Origin: Eledone cirrhosa
Lineage: Eukaryota
NCBI GenBank assembly: GCA_964016885.1
Contig: OZ024754.1
Coordinates: 9,796,001 to 9,860,000 of the forward strand
Length of the DNA stretch: 64,000 nucleotides
Direction of reading: 5' to 3'
Part shown: piece after piece, positions 1-11,790 of the stretch
Numbering within the stretch: position 1 is the stretch's first letter
Layout: every line of letters starts with the position of its first letter
Position numbers and translations under genes: made by a program
Notes under the pieces: model-generated
What the model was told of the DNA's origin: nothing
What the model saw: the letters and a program-made list of their open reading frames with translations, nothing else
Databases searched by the model: none

Positions 1-143
1 GATGTGAAAATGTGAAAGAAAGTGATGTGAAAATGTGAAAGAAAGTGATGTGGATATGTGAAAGAAAGTGATGTGAAAATGTGAAAGAAAGTGATGTGGA
101 TATGTGAAAGAATGTGATGTGAAAATGTGAAAGAATGTGATGT
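1..143. repeat. 23-bp tandem repeat (GATGTGAAAATGTGAAAGAAAGT), ~6 copies, runs off the window start
   Basis: Periodicity read directly from the sequence. Confidence 0.9.
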
Positions 144-1665
144 GCTACTACTGTTGCTGCCGCTGTTACTACTACTACTATTGCTACTACTACTGCAACT
201 ACTACTGCTGCTATTGCTACTACTATGACCAGCAACATCACCCCCACCACCTTAATCAATGACTGATTCGATTGTTGTTGAGAAGAAATAACAGATTATT
301 CCTTTTTAATAAAATTACCAGGTGTGGGGTGTGGGGGTGGACAACAAAATTCTAACAACAACAACAACAACATCAAATAAATAATACAAAAACTCCCACA
401 TAGAAAAAAGGCAAACCACTGCTAGCAGTAATAGCACCACCCTCCTACACAACCACCACCACCACCTACACACATCACTTGCACCACCCTCCTACACAAA
501 CACCACCAACATCATCATCATCATCACCAACACCACCACTAACACCATCACCAACATCATCATCACCAACACCACCACCAACATCATCATCACCACCATC
601 ACCACTAACATCATCACCACCATAACCACCATCACCAACACCACCACCACCATCATCACCACCACTAACATCATCATCACCACCAACAACACCACCACCG
701 CCACTACTACTACTACTACTACTGAAATTCCTATGAGATTCAGTAAATTATTGATATGTCACTGTGAATGAGTTCATTACCTCCAATGAAAAGAAAAGTA
801 AAAAAGAAATCAAGCAAGAAAGAAGGAAAGAAAGAAGGAAAGAAGTTGCCAGTTGTCCCAAAACTGTGTCAGCACCATTCCATCTTTCCCAACAGTTGTC
901 AAGATCAATAGGATTCCATTGGAACACCAACACAACTTTCACATTTCTTTACATTTTCTTATACACACATACTCTCTCTCTCTCTCGCACACACACATAC
1001 TCTATCTCTCACACACACACAATCTCTCTCTCTCACACACACACACACACAATCTCTCTCTCTCTCGCACACACACACACACAATCTCTCTCTCTCCCAC
1101 ACACACATACTCTATCTCTCTCTCTCACACACACACATACAATCTCTCTCTCTCCCACACACATACAATCTCTCTCTCTCCCACACACATACAATCTCTC
1201 TCTCTCCCACACACACAATCTCTCTCTCTCTCTCGCATACACACTCTCTCTCCTACACATTCTCTCTCTCCCACCCCACACACTCTCCCCACTCTCTCAC
1301 ACATCACACATCACTCACACATCACTCACACTCTCTCTCTCCCACACACCCCCTCTCTCACCTTTATATTTTACTCATTTAATTAAATTTTCATTTTCCT
1401 TACTTTTTATACATAAATAGAGAAAACTTGGTTGTTTGAGAAAGGGAGGGAGGAGGGAACAAACCAACCTAAAGACCACCTGTAAAACACTGATATAACA
1501 CACACACACATATATATATATATACACATAACACACACACACATACATATATATACACATAACACACACACACATACATATATATATACATAACACACAC
1601 ACACATACATATATATACACACATACACACACACATATATATATATATAACACATACACGCACAC

Positions 1666-1699
<34 letters not shown>

Positions 1700-1885
1700 A
1701 CACACACATATATATATATATAACACATACACGCACATATATATATATATATATATACACACATACACACGCACATATATATATATACACACATACACAC
1801 ACACATATATATATACACACACACACACACACATATATAACATTGATCACACAGATTTCATTTTTAGGTTATCCAAAAAATGATG

Positions 1886-2445
1886 ATACTACTACTACTA
1901 CCACTACCATTACTACCACCACCACCACTACTACCATTACTACCACCACCACCACCACTACTACCATTACTACCATTACTACCATTACTACCACCACCAC
2001 TACTACCACCACCACCACCACCACTACTACCATTACTACCACCACCACTACTACCACCACCACCACCACCACCACCACCACCACTACTACCACCACCACC
2101 ACCACTACTACCACCACCACCACCACCACCACTACCATTACCACCACCACCACTACTACCACCACCACCACCACCACCACTACTACCATTACCACCACCA
2201 CCACTACTACCACCACCACCACCACCACTACTACCATTACCACCACCACCACTACTACCACCACCACCACCACCACTACTACCATTACCACCACCACCAC
2301 CACCACCACTACTACCATTACTACCACCACCACTACTACCACCACCACCACCACTACCATTACCACCACTACCACCACCACCACCACCACCACCACCACC
2401 ACCACCACTACCACCACCACGACCACCACCACCACTACTACCATT

Positions 2446-2480
<35 letters not shown>
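1886..2480. repeat. (ACC/ACT/ATT)n compound trinucleotide tract
   Basis: Pure triplet repeat; the poly-T/P/G/V ORFs over it are artefacts. Confidence 0.95.
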
Positions 2481-2878
2481 ATAATGATAATGGGAATATT
2501 AATAAAAACAAATATGGATAAAGAAGAAGTGGGAGAAGATGAGAGAGAGGGGAAAGCAAGAGGTAGAATGGTTTGGTGGTGGTGATGATGATGATGAAAG
2601 AGAGGCTGTGTTGGATAGAGGTGACAATAGGTACTAATTGAAATGAAGTCAGAAAAAAAGTTGAATGAATCCTGACAGGAAAAGAGTTGATGAGGGGAAG
2701 AGAGAGAAGAAGGTAGCTTTAATATCACTGGGTCATATATATATACATATATGTTTATCCTGGGTTTAATGAGGGCTAACCACAGTAAGTAAGGTACTCA
2801 ATACATAGCAGAGTATAAATATTTAATATAGAAATGGCTTCTACAGGACTAGAACTGTTTCATTCGGAGGAGATCATC

Positions 2879-2933
<55 letters not shown>

Positions 2934-3005
2934 TGATAACAAAACAAATGGCATGGTACATGGATGTAATATATTAGTTTAATGCTTGAAATAGCAGGAA
3001 GAGAG

Positions 3006-3041
3006 TCTTAAAGTTTCGGACACCAGTCCTTCATCAGAAGA
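3006..3041 (-). ncRNA. Degenerate minimal type I hammerhead ribozyme motif (Penelope-like pLTR type)
   Basis: Minus strand: TCTT-CTGATGA-a-GGAC-tggt-GTCC-GAAAC-TTT-AAGA. Stems I and II pair; stem III is mutated; ATTAAA follows downstream. Confidence 0.55.
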
Positions 3042-3175
3042 TAGAGTTAGAAAGAGAAGAGTGTTAAGAGGAAGGAACAGGGAAAATGAGAAAAAAAAAA
3101 CACACATGAGTATTCAGTCGGCCATCTATATATATATATATAAACATTTAATCTGTATATATATATATATACGAA

Positions 3176-3757
3176 CTAAACTACCCATCCTTTGGACGGT
3201 TCAAGTAGCTTTCGATGTAGCTCATTAAACTAAACAGAGTAAATTTGAATACATAGAAGAAAAAGGTATTTTATGTAAACATGAAAACCTTAGGCACTAT
3301 TCCAGTGAAATAATTAATATATGAGCTCGGTGTCATCCATTATCCTATGTAACAACAGAAACCCAGTCTAGGTATACATTTTTTTGACAACAGTAAAACC
3401 TTTTGTTTCAAGTACAAAGAGTAAAGTAAAATCCGAATGAGCTGAATTGTAATAATCAAAATCCCAAAACAAAATTGTTGACAACATCAAAAATGAGTTC
3501 CTGTTGTATTGACGAAAGATAACTCTTGTCTTACTTAATCATGAAAATTGACACAAATAACCAAAACGTTTTTAATGTCTCCAAAGGCCCCAATATCGAT
3601 TTTTGAAAGCCTTTGTAGATCATGTACAGGTTTTGTGCAAGGACAAGCTCTGTAAGAAATTTCAAAGAAATCGCATGAATGGTTTAGAATATATGAGCCC
3701 TCATTAAAAATTGTCCACACACACATACAGAAAACTTCAGCTTTATATATATACAGA
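3176..3757 (-). mobile_element. Non-autonomous Helitron-like element
   Basis: Minus strand starts TCTGTATATATATAAAGCTGAAG followed by a TG microsatellite. It ends with hairpin CCGTCC-aaa-GGATGG then TTAG (CTAG variant) and sits between A and T. Confidence 0.6.
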
Positions 3758-3827
3758 TATATATATATATGTGTGTGTATGTATGCTCGAACACGAGTTT
3801 GCAGCCATTATGTATGCATATATCATG

Positions 3828-3868
<41 letters not shown>

Positions 3869-4163
3869 CAGGATAGAACCAGCTTGAAACTGGGTAGACT
3901 ATTACTCAACACAGTATTCAATATTCTATAAGAGTGGATAGAAAGTATACTGTGTGTATTGGGTAAAGGAGGGCGGGGGGGGGGGGGGGGCGTCAGAAAT
4001 ATAATGTCATCGATGTATGATAGGTGTAGTGGGAATTGACAAGGTGATGGAAGAGAAAGGGGGGTGTAGGTTCTCAGACAGACGAGGGACTGTGATGATA
4101 CAAAAAGCTACTAAGGAATTACAACTGGTGCTTTAGTTCTTAAATGGGTGGGGGCACACTGAA

Positions 4164-5181
4164 GGGTCAGGTCACATTTCATGTTGGTAGATGGGTCAGG
4201 TCACATTTCATGTTGGTAGATGGGTCAGGTCACATTTCATGTTGGTAGATGGGTCAGGTCACATTTCATGTTGGTAGATGAGTCAGGTCACATTTCATGT
4301 TGGTAGATGGGTCAGGTCACATTTCATGTTGGTAGATGAGTCAGGTCACATTTCATGTTGGTAGATGGGTCAGGTCACATTTCATGTTGGTAGATGAGTC
4401 AGGTCACATTTCATGTTGGTAGATGGGTCAGGTCACATTTCATACTGGTAGATGAGTCAGGTCACATTTCATGTTGGTAGATGGGTCAGGTCACATTTCA
4501 TGTTGGTAGATGGGTCAGGTCACATTTCATACTGGTAGATGAGTCAGGTCACATTTCATACTGGTAGATGAGTCAGGTCACATTTCATACCGGTAGATGA
4601 GTCAGGTCACATTTCATGTTGGTAGATGAGTCAGGTCACATTTCATGTTGGTAGATGAGTCAGGTCACATTTCATGTTGGTAGATGAGTCAGGTCACATT
4701 TCATACCGGTAGATGAGTCGGGTCACATTTCATGTTGGTAGATGAGTCAGGTCACATTTCATGTTGGTAGATGAGTCACGTCACATTTCATGTTGGTAGA
4801 TGAGTCAGGTCACATTTCATGTTGGTAGATGAGTCAGGTCACATTTCATGTTGGTAGATGAGTCAGGTCACATTTCATGTTGGTAGATGAGTCAGGTCAC
4901 ATTTCATGTTGGTAGATGGGTCAGGTCACATTTCATGTTGGTAGATGAGTCAGGTCACATTTCATGTTGGTAGATGAGTCAGGTCACATTTCATGTTGGT
5001 AGATGAGTCAGGTCACATTTCATACCGGTAGATGAGTCAGGTCACATTTCATGTTGGTAGATGAGTCAGGTCACATTTCATGTTGGTAGATGAGTCAGGT
5101 CACATTTCATGTTGGTAGATGGGTCAGGTCACGTTTAATGTTGGTAGATGGGTCAGGTCACATTTCCTGTTGGTAGATTGG
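4164..5181. repeat. 29-bp minisatellite (GAGTCAGGTCACATTTCATGTTGGTAGAT), ~35 copies
   Basis: Period 29 read from the sequence; variants GGG/GAG and TGTT/TACT/TACC. Confidence 0.95.
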
Positions 5182-5184
5182 TCT

Positions 5185-5410
5185 CCTTCATCCAATCTTC
5201 CTGCGTCACCAATTCTCACCTGAGGTCCACTTACTTATGGTCAGTCTTCATTACTTTATTCCATCTTTCCCAAGGTCTACCCCCTCCATGTGTCCTGTGT
5301 CCCTTTCACTGAGATGTCTCTACTTCTTTATGCACATGTCATTTTCCATATGCATCACAAGTGCATACCACTGCAGTCTTGTGCACACAACACCAGATTC
5401 CTCTTATCAC
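5185..5410 (-). mobile_element. Decayed RTE-clade LINE ORF C-terminus
   Basis: Minus-strand translation gives RLQWYALVMHMENDMCIKK and GRPWERWNKVMKTD, matching RTE RLRWxGHV / RGRPxxRW motifs; stops and frameshifts present. Confidence 0.6.
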
Positions 5411-5523
5411 AAGTTTTTTTTCTTTCATCCCACTTATGCAGCCACATTAATACACACTAACATGACACATCCATCAACGCATACTCACTTCATACACACA
5501 CACACACAAACATATGTATATAT

Positions 5524-5580
<57 letters not shown>

Positions 5581-5657
5581 CGTATAGTTTTAATGTCCAC
5601 TTTCCATGCTTGCATATACATATACACACTCACAAACATATGTATATATACACACAC

Positions 5658-5710
<53 letters not shown>

Positions 5711-5795
5711 CGTATATATATATATAGTTTTTATGTCCACTTTCCATGCTTGCATATACATATACACACTTACACACACAAACATATGTATATAT

Positions 5796-5860
<65 letters not shown>

Positions 5861-5974
5861 CGTATATATATATATATAGTTTTTATGTCCACTTTCCATG
5901 CTTGCATATACATATACACACTCACACACACATATATATATATGTATGTATGTATGTATATATAAATGTGTGTG

Positions 5975-6007
<33 letters not shown>

Positions 6008-6155
6008 ATACGCAAGCATGGAAAATGTCCATAAAAACTATGACAATGATGAATGTGAGGCATATTTTAGTTACAATGCAGAGAACTGGGTTGAGATCTT
6101 AAAGATGTAAATACACATATATATAATTATATAGTTGAACAAGTGGTTAGCATTT

Positions 6156-7197
6156 GGTGGTGGTGGTGGTAGTGGTGGTAGTGGTGGTGGTGGTAGTGGT
6201 GGTGGTGGTGGTAGTAGTGGTGGTGGTAGTGGTGGTGGTGGTAGTGGTGGTGGTAGTAGTGGTGGTGGTGGTAGTGGTAGTGGTGGTAGTGGTGGTGGTG
6301 GTAGTGGTGGTGGTGGTGGTAGTAGTGGTGGTGGTAGTGGTGGTGGTGGTAGTGGTGGTGGTAGTAGTGGTGGTGGTGGTGGTGGTGGTAGTGGTGGTGG
6401 TGGTAGTAGTGGTGGTGGTGGTGGTAGTAGTGGTGGTGGTAGTGGTGGTGGTAGTAGTGGTGGTGGTGGTAGTGGTAGTGGTGGTAGTGGTGGTGGTGGT
6501 AGTGGTGGTGGTGGTGGTAGTAGTGGTGGTGGTAGTGGTGGTGGTGGTAGTGGTGGTGGTGGTAGTGGTGGTGGTGGTGGTAGTGGTGGTAGTGGTGGTG
6601 GTGGTAGTGGTGGTGGTGGTGGTAGTAGTGGTGGTGGTAGTGGTGGTGGTGGTAGTGGTGGTGGTAGTAGTGGTGGTGGTGGTAGTGGTAGTGGTGGTAG
6701 TGGTGGTGGTGGTAGTGGTGGTGGTGGTAGTAGTGGTGGTGGTGGTGGTAGTGGTAGTAGTAGCGATAGTAGTAGTGGTGGTAGTGGTGGTGGTGGTAGT
6801 GGTGGTGGTGGTAGTAGTGGTGGTGGTGGTGGTAGTAGTGGTGGTGGTGGTGGTAGTGGTAGTAGTGGCGATAGTAGTGGTGGTGGTGGTGGTAGTGGTG
6901 GTGGTGGTGGTAGTGGTGGTGGTAGTGGTGGTGGTAGTAGTGGTGGTGGTAGTGGTAGTAGTGGCGATAGTAGTAGTGGTGGTGGTAGTGGTGGTGGTGG
7001 TAGTAGTGGTGGTGGTGGTAGTGGTAGTAGTGGTGGTAGTAGTAGTGGTAGCGATAGTAGTAGTGGTGGTGGTGGTAGTGGCGATAGTAGTAGTGGTGGT
7101 GGTGGTGGTAGTGGTGGTAGTAGTAGTAGTGGTAGTAGTGGTGGTAGTAGTGGTGGTAGTGGTGGTGGTGGTGGTAGTGGTGGTGGTATTAGTAGTA
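6156..7197. repeat. (GGT/AGT)n compound trinucleotide tract
   Basis: Pure triplet repeat; the Gly/Ser and poly-Val ORFs are artefacts. Confidence 0.95.
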
Positions 7198-7516
7198 GAG
7201 GAAGATGAGAAGAAATATAAGAAAAAGAAGGAAAAAAGGTAAGAAAAAGGAGGACTCGAAGTAAAACAAATGGATGCAGGATAATTTGATTAGAAAAAAT
7301 TTCTGAAAAATTAAAAACTGTGTTTTTGAGGGAGGGAGGGAGGGGGAGTGTGTTTGAGGGAGGGAGGGAGAGTGTGTTTGAGAGAGGGAGGGAGGGAGGG
7401 AGAGTGTGTTTGAGAGAAGGAGGGAGAGAAAGAGTGTGTTTGTGTTTGTATGTGTATATATATATTTATGTGTCTGTGAGAGGATGTATTTTCTTTTATA
7501 CTGAGAATAAATGAGA

Positions 7517-7577
<61 letters not shown>

Positions 7578-7871
7578 TGAAAGAGAGAGAGAGAAAAAGA
7601 AATAAAAAGTGAGTGTGTGTTGGTAGGGATGAAACAGGTGTATTCACCGGAGAGCAATCAATATCCTATAATTGTCAATCAATTTAAATCATAATAGTCT
7701 TAATTATTGCTAGTAATTGGTGGTTGTATGGGAGAGAGAGAGATCTGGTGTTTCCTGACTTTCGTGAGATATAAATGAGAGATTTTGCTGGGACAAAAGA
7801 ATAAAAAGAAAGATATTAACTGCAACAGGAATCACCCACAACTCTCTCTCTTTCTCACTCTCTCTCTCTCT

Positions 7872-7922
<51 letters not shown>

Positions 7923-8061
7923 CCGACCTTACCCAATTACACCTCTCAAAGTCAATGACACACGACCGTGACTTCTGGCGTCACGCAGTAATACAGGGTA
8001 CCCGACCTCCCATGGGTACATGCTGAAGCATATAAACTATATGCCCCCACTCCCCCCAGCG

Positions 8062-8330
8062 CAATGGTCGTGGAGGTGCCACGGCAAAAAAGCACCCACC
8101 CCACACTGTAAAGTGGACGTGTAGGCGCCACGAAAAAGCACCCAGCACTCACTGTAAATGAGGTTGGTGTTAGGAAGGGCATCCAGCTGTAGAAATCAAG
8201 CCAGATCAGTTCCTGTATGAGCAAGGCATGGTCAGCCGACCAGACACTGCCCACAACGGGACAACCCGTCTAACCCATGCTAGCGTGGAAGAACGGACGT
8301 AAAACGGTGATGATGATGATGATGATGATA
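8062..8330 (+). mobile_element. SINE family A, 5'-truncated, (GAT)n tail
   Basis: Shares GGTTGGTGTTAGGAAGGGCATCCAGCTGTAGAAA and the tail with the full copies in this window. Confidence 0.85.
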
Positions 8331-8424
8331 TAATGGGAAAATTTGAACAGGAACAAAACAGAGAGGCAGTACAACGAATGTTTATTAATTTCACGCTCTG
8401 GAGAGTGGGGTAGTGGTGGGGAAC

Positions 8425-8452
8425 GACGTTTCGGGCATAAGCCCTTCCTCAG
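8425..8452 (-). ncRNA. Minimal hammerhead ribozyme core, stem I decayed
   Basis: Minus strand: CTGAGGA-a-GGGC-ttat-GCCC-GAAAC-GTC; AATAAA ~35 nt downstream. Confidence 0.55.
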
Positions 8453-8717
8453 GTGAGAAGTGTGTGGGAACAGAGTTCAAAGGGTGTGTAGGGGAGTGGT
8501 GGAGAGACATATAGCGAAAGGAAACAGTGCGAATGAAATTAAAAATAAAAATAAAAATAAAAATAAAGCATGATCAAAATACAAGGAATTAAATAAAATT
8601 AAATATAAAAGCATGATCAAAATAAACTGAAATTAAAAGGGGGGTAAAACATATATATATATATAATAATTCAAGAAAGAAGAGTAACATGGTCGGCTGT
8701 ACAATAAGGGCTTTATT

Positions 8718-8835
8718 CACAGTGCTGACAATTGTTTCTTTGATCTGGTAGGTCTAGAGCTCGCTAATCACTTGATGTTGCATCAATCGATCTCCAATAC
8801 TTAGTTTATAACCAGTCAATTCATCAGACCGTGTG
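8718..8835 (-). ncRNA. Hammerhead ribozyme motif with long stem II (homologue of 50096-50210)
   Basis: Minus strand: CTGATGA-a-TTGACTGGT...ACCAGaTCAA-a-GAAAC-AATT-GTC; palindromic stem III ACAATTGT; stem I imperfect. Confidence 0.6.
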
Positions 8836-8883
8836 GATTGATTATAACGATAACTTGTTATCCGGTATATATATATATATATA

Positions 8884-9220
8884 TCATCATCATCATCATT
8901 TCATTTTACATCCGCTTTTCCCTGCTTGCAAGGGTGGGACGGGAACTGATTCTGGCTTGATTTCTACAGCTGGATGCCCTTCCTAACACCAACCTCATTT
9001 ACAGTGAGTGCTGGGTGCTTTTTTGCCGTGGCACCTATGCAACCACTTTGCAGTGGAATGATAGGGACCCTAGTCTCTATCATGTCATTTCTACAGCTGA
9101 GTAAACTGGAGCAATGTGAAATAAAGTGACAAGGAAACAACACATCACCCGGTCTGAGGATTGAACTCACAACCTTTCGATTGCAAGGCCAATGCTCTAA
9201 CCACTAAGCCATGTGCCTCC
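8884..9220 (-). mobile_element. SINE family A, full length (tRNA-like head, RTE-type 3' tail)
   Basis: Head GGAGGCACATGGCTTAGTGGTTAGAGC (A box) ... GAGTTCAATCC (B box); (GAT)n tail; several near-identical copies in the window. Confidence 0.9.
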
Positions 9221-9322
9221 ATATATATATATATATATAAATAAAGAGAGAGAGTTATATATATATAACTCGTTTCTGAATTTGCTTTGCAAGATTCTTT
9301 ATCTGAAAACGTGTGTTGAAAC

Positions 9323-9718
9323 AGATATTGTTATACTTTGGGAGGGTTATGTTGCCAATAAACACACACACACACCTGTTGGTTGGTTGGTTGGTTTGTT
9401 CGATAACCTGAAGGTTGTTTATATATTGTCAAAATTCTTTCATCACACACTGTGACTTCCTCAGAGACAGGGTTTTTATTTTCTGTATCTCCTTTGTTCT
9501 GTCCTTCACCATCTTGTTTTTATGTGTTGTGAATACACAATATACAAAAACAAAGGAGATGCAGAAAATAAAAACCCAGTCACTGAGAAAGTCACAGTGT
9601 GTGATGAAAAAACTTTGACAATATATAAACAACCTTCCGGTTATCGAACAAACCAACCAGCCAATGGGTGTGTGTGTTTTTATTGGCAGCATGACCCTCC
9701 CAAAGTATAACAATATCT
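9323..9718. repeat. Long inverted repeat (arms ~9323-9498 and ~9549-9718, 50-bp spacer), probably inverted Penelope-like pseudo-LTRs
   Basis: AGATATTGTTATACTTTGGGAGGG.../...CCCTCCCAAAGTATAACAATATCT; each arm carries a degenerate hammerhead motif. Confidence 0.85.
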
Positions 9719-10241
9719 ATATGTATATATATATATATATTTATTTTATTTATATCTATATATATTTATTTTATCTTATTATAGAAATGACTTCTACAGG
9801 TTGATGCATTACAACAGTCTTTTAAATTAATTACAAGATCGAACACATTAATTGCAGCATCGAAACCTCTGATCAGCCTTTGAGGCCCTTCTCAGTATTA
9901 ACTAATTAGGTTGCAGTCATCTGCATTTAGAAGGTCAAAGAGGTGAAGACGTTAGAGTGGAATCTCATTCTAGTCAAATTGAACACATTGCCTGAAGAGT
10001 GATATTGGATAGAAACTCTGTTGATATTGCAAAAGCATTTGACAACATCACCACAAAATAGATGGCAAAGAGTGTTGGTGCTTCAAATTCACCCTGCCTT
10101 AATCCATTTTACACTGCAAATGGTTCTGAAAGTGTATCACCAAAATTCAAGATTTCATAGGAATAATGTGTGCATGTCATAATGAGTTAACTGGTTGTAT
10201 CAAGTGTTTGGGATCAGATTAGTAAATGTAAATCTACTTAC

Positions 10242-10322
10242 CAACAGATGTAGGGAGCTCGCCCCATTGTAGAACAACATTTTTCGTAATCTTGCCACTA
10301 GTGTTCACATAAACTCCTTCAT
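10242..10322 (-). CDS. msn: Internal coding exon (81 nt) of the Misshapen/MIG-15/MAP4K4-MINK1-TNIK kinase, CNH domain: (N)[26 protein letters not shown](A)
   Basis: Acceptor ctctttttctcttcctAG and donor GTAAGT; peptide matches the conserved CNH segment EGVYVNTxGxxxKxxVLQWGEMPTSVA; phase matches the upstream exon. Confidence 0.95.
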
Positions 10323-10576
10323 CTAGGAAGAGAAAAAGAGATGAGTTATATATAATGAGAGATGAGTTATATATATATATATAATAGTTGATAACACAAT
10401 CATATAAAGGCAAAGAATTATTCAAAGCTCAAATGTGATTTTATAGTCCACATCAAGAGAGGTATAATACAGTTCAGAGTTTAATCCAATCTATAAATTT
10501 CCAATCACAGTAGCTTTACAATATTTACCTAGGGTGGGTAAAATTCCCGAGATCTTTACAATATCACTGAGTATTT

Positions 10577-10917
10577 CATCATCATTCATCATCATTTTTA
10601 CTCCGCTTTTCCCTGCTTGCAAGGGTGGGACGAGAACTGATTTTCGCTCGATTTCTAAAGCTGGATGCCCTTCCTAACACCAACCTCATTTACAGTGAGT
10701 GCTGGGTGCTTTTTTGCCATGGCACCTCCACGACCACTTTGCAGTGGAATGATAGGGACACCAGTCCCTATCATCTCATTTCTACAGTCGAGTAAACTGG
10801 AGCAGTGTGAAATAAAGTGTCTTGCTCAAGGAAACAACACATCACCCGGTCTGAGAATTGAACTCACAACCTTCCGATTGCAAGGCCAATGCTCTAACCA
10901 CTAAGCCATGTGCCTCC
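10577..10917 (-). mobile_element. SINE family A, full length
   Basis: Same head, body and tail as 8884-9220. Confidence 0.9.
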
Positions 10918-10926
10918 ATTATATAC

Positions 10927-11090
10927 TACACTGAAAATGTGGTTGGTGTTAGGAAGGGCATCCAGCTGTAGAAAACCCGCCAGACAGTCCTATGCGAGCA
11001 AGACAACCATTCTTGCCTCAAGTGGGAAAACCCCCGTCCAAACCCATGCAAGCGTGGAACACGGACGCTAAACCTGATGATGATGATGAT
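10927..11090 (+). mobile_element. SINE family A-related 3' portion
   Basis: GGTTGGTGTTAGGAAGGGCATCCAGCTGTAGAAAA...CCCATGCAAGCGTGGAA...(GAT)n. Confidence 0.8.
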
Positions 11091-11336
11091 ATATATATAT
11101 ATATATATATATTTGTTAATATTATTTATATATATTTTTTTCTTATATTTATTTGCGTGTGTTAATATGTAGTGGAGTGCATTCATGTATGTGTATGTAT
11201 GTACGTTGTATGTTTGTGTGAATGTATGTATATGTGTGCGTATATATATGTGTGTGTGTATGTGTAGGCTTGTACACACACATGTGTGTGTGTGTGTGTG
11301 TGTGTATGTATATGTGTGTATATGTGTATATGTATG

Positions 11337-11371
<35 letters not shown>

Positions 11372-11402
11372 GTATGGATATGTACATGTGTATATATATG
11401 TG

Positions 11403-11445
<43 letters not shown>

Positions 11446-11508
11446 ATGTATGAATATATGTATGTGTATATGTGTGTATATATGTGTATGTGTGTGTAGG
11501 TGTACGCT

Positions 11509-11586
<78 letters not shown>

Positions 11587-11790
11587 ATGTGTATATGTGT
11601 GTGCGTGCAAATTATATGCGTATATATATGTGTGTGTGTGTAAGTATGCTTTTGTGTTTTTTTTGTGTGTGTTTGCATGTGTAGTTTTATTTTATTTTAT
11701 TTTTCCTTTCCTTCTCCCTTTTCCAGCCTCACTTTCATATAGATTGCATTTTTGTTTTTAGAATCCATATTCAATAAACAAACCAGGATT

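Noticed and set aside
6135-7242. Gly/Ser-rich 357-aa ORF resembling a structural protein
   Set aside because: Pure GGT/AGT repeat with no codon diversity, no ATG start and no signal peptide; antisense within an intron
9140-9220. tRNA-like sequences (TGC anticodon-like loop) at SINE A heads
   Set aside because: No proper acceptor stem and each continues into the SINE body; these are SINE heads, not tRNA genes
9988-10035. CTGAAGA...GAAAC hammerhead-like motif (also a truncated one at ~2850-2880, minus strand)
   Set aside because: Stems I and II do not pair convincingly; at best highly decayed remnants
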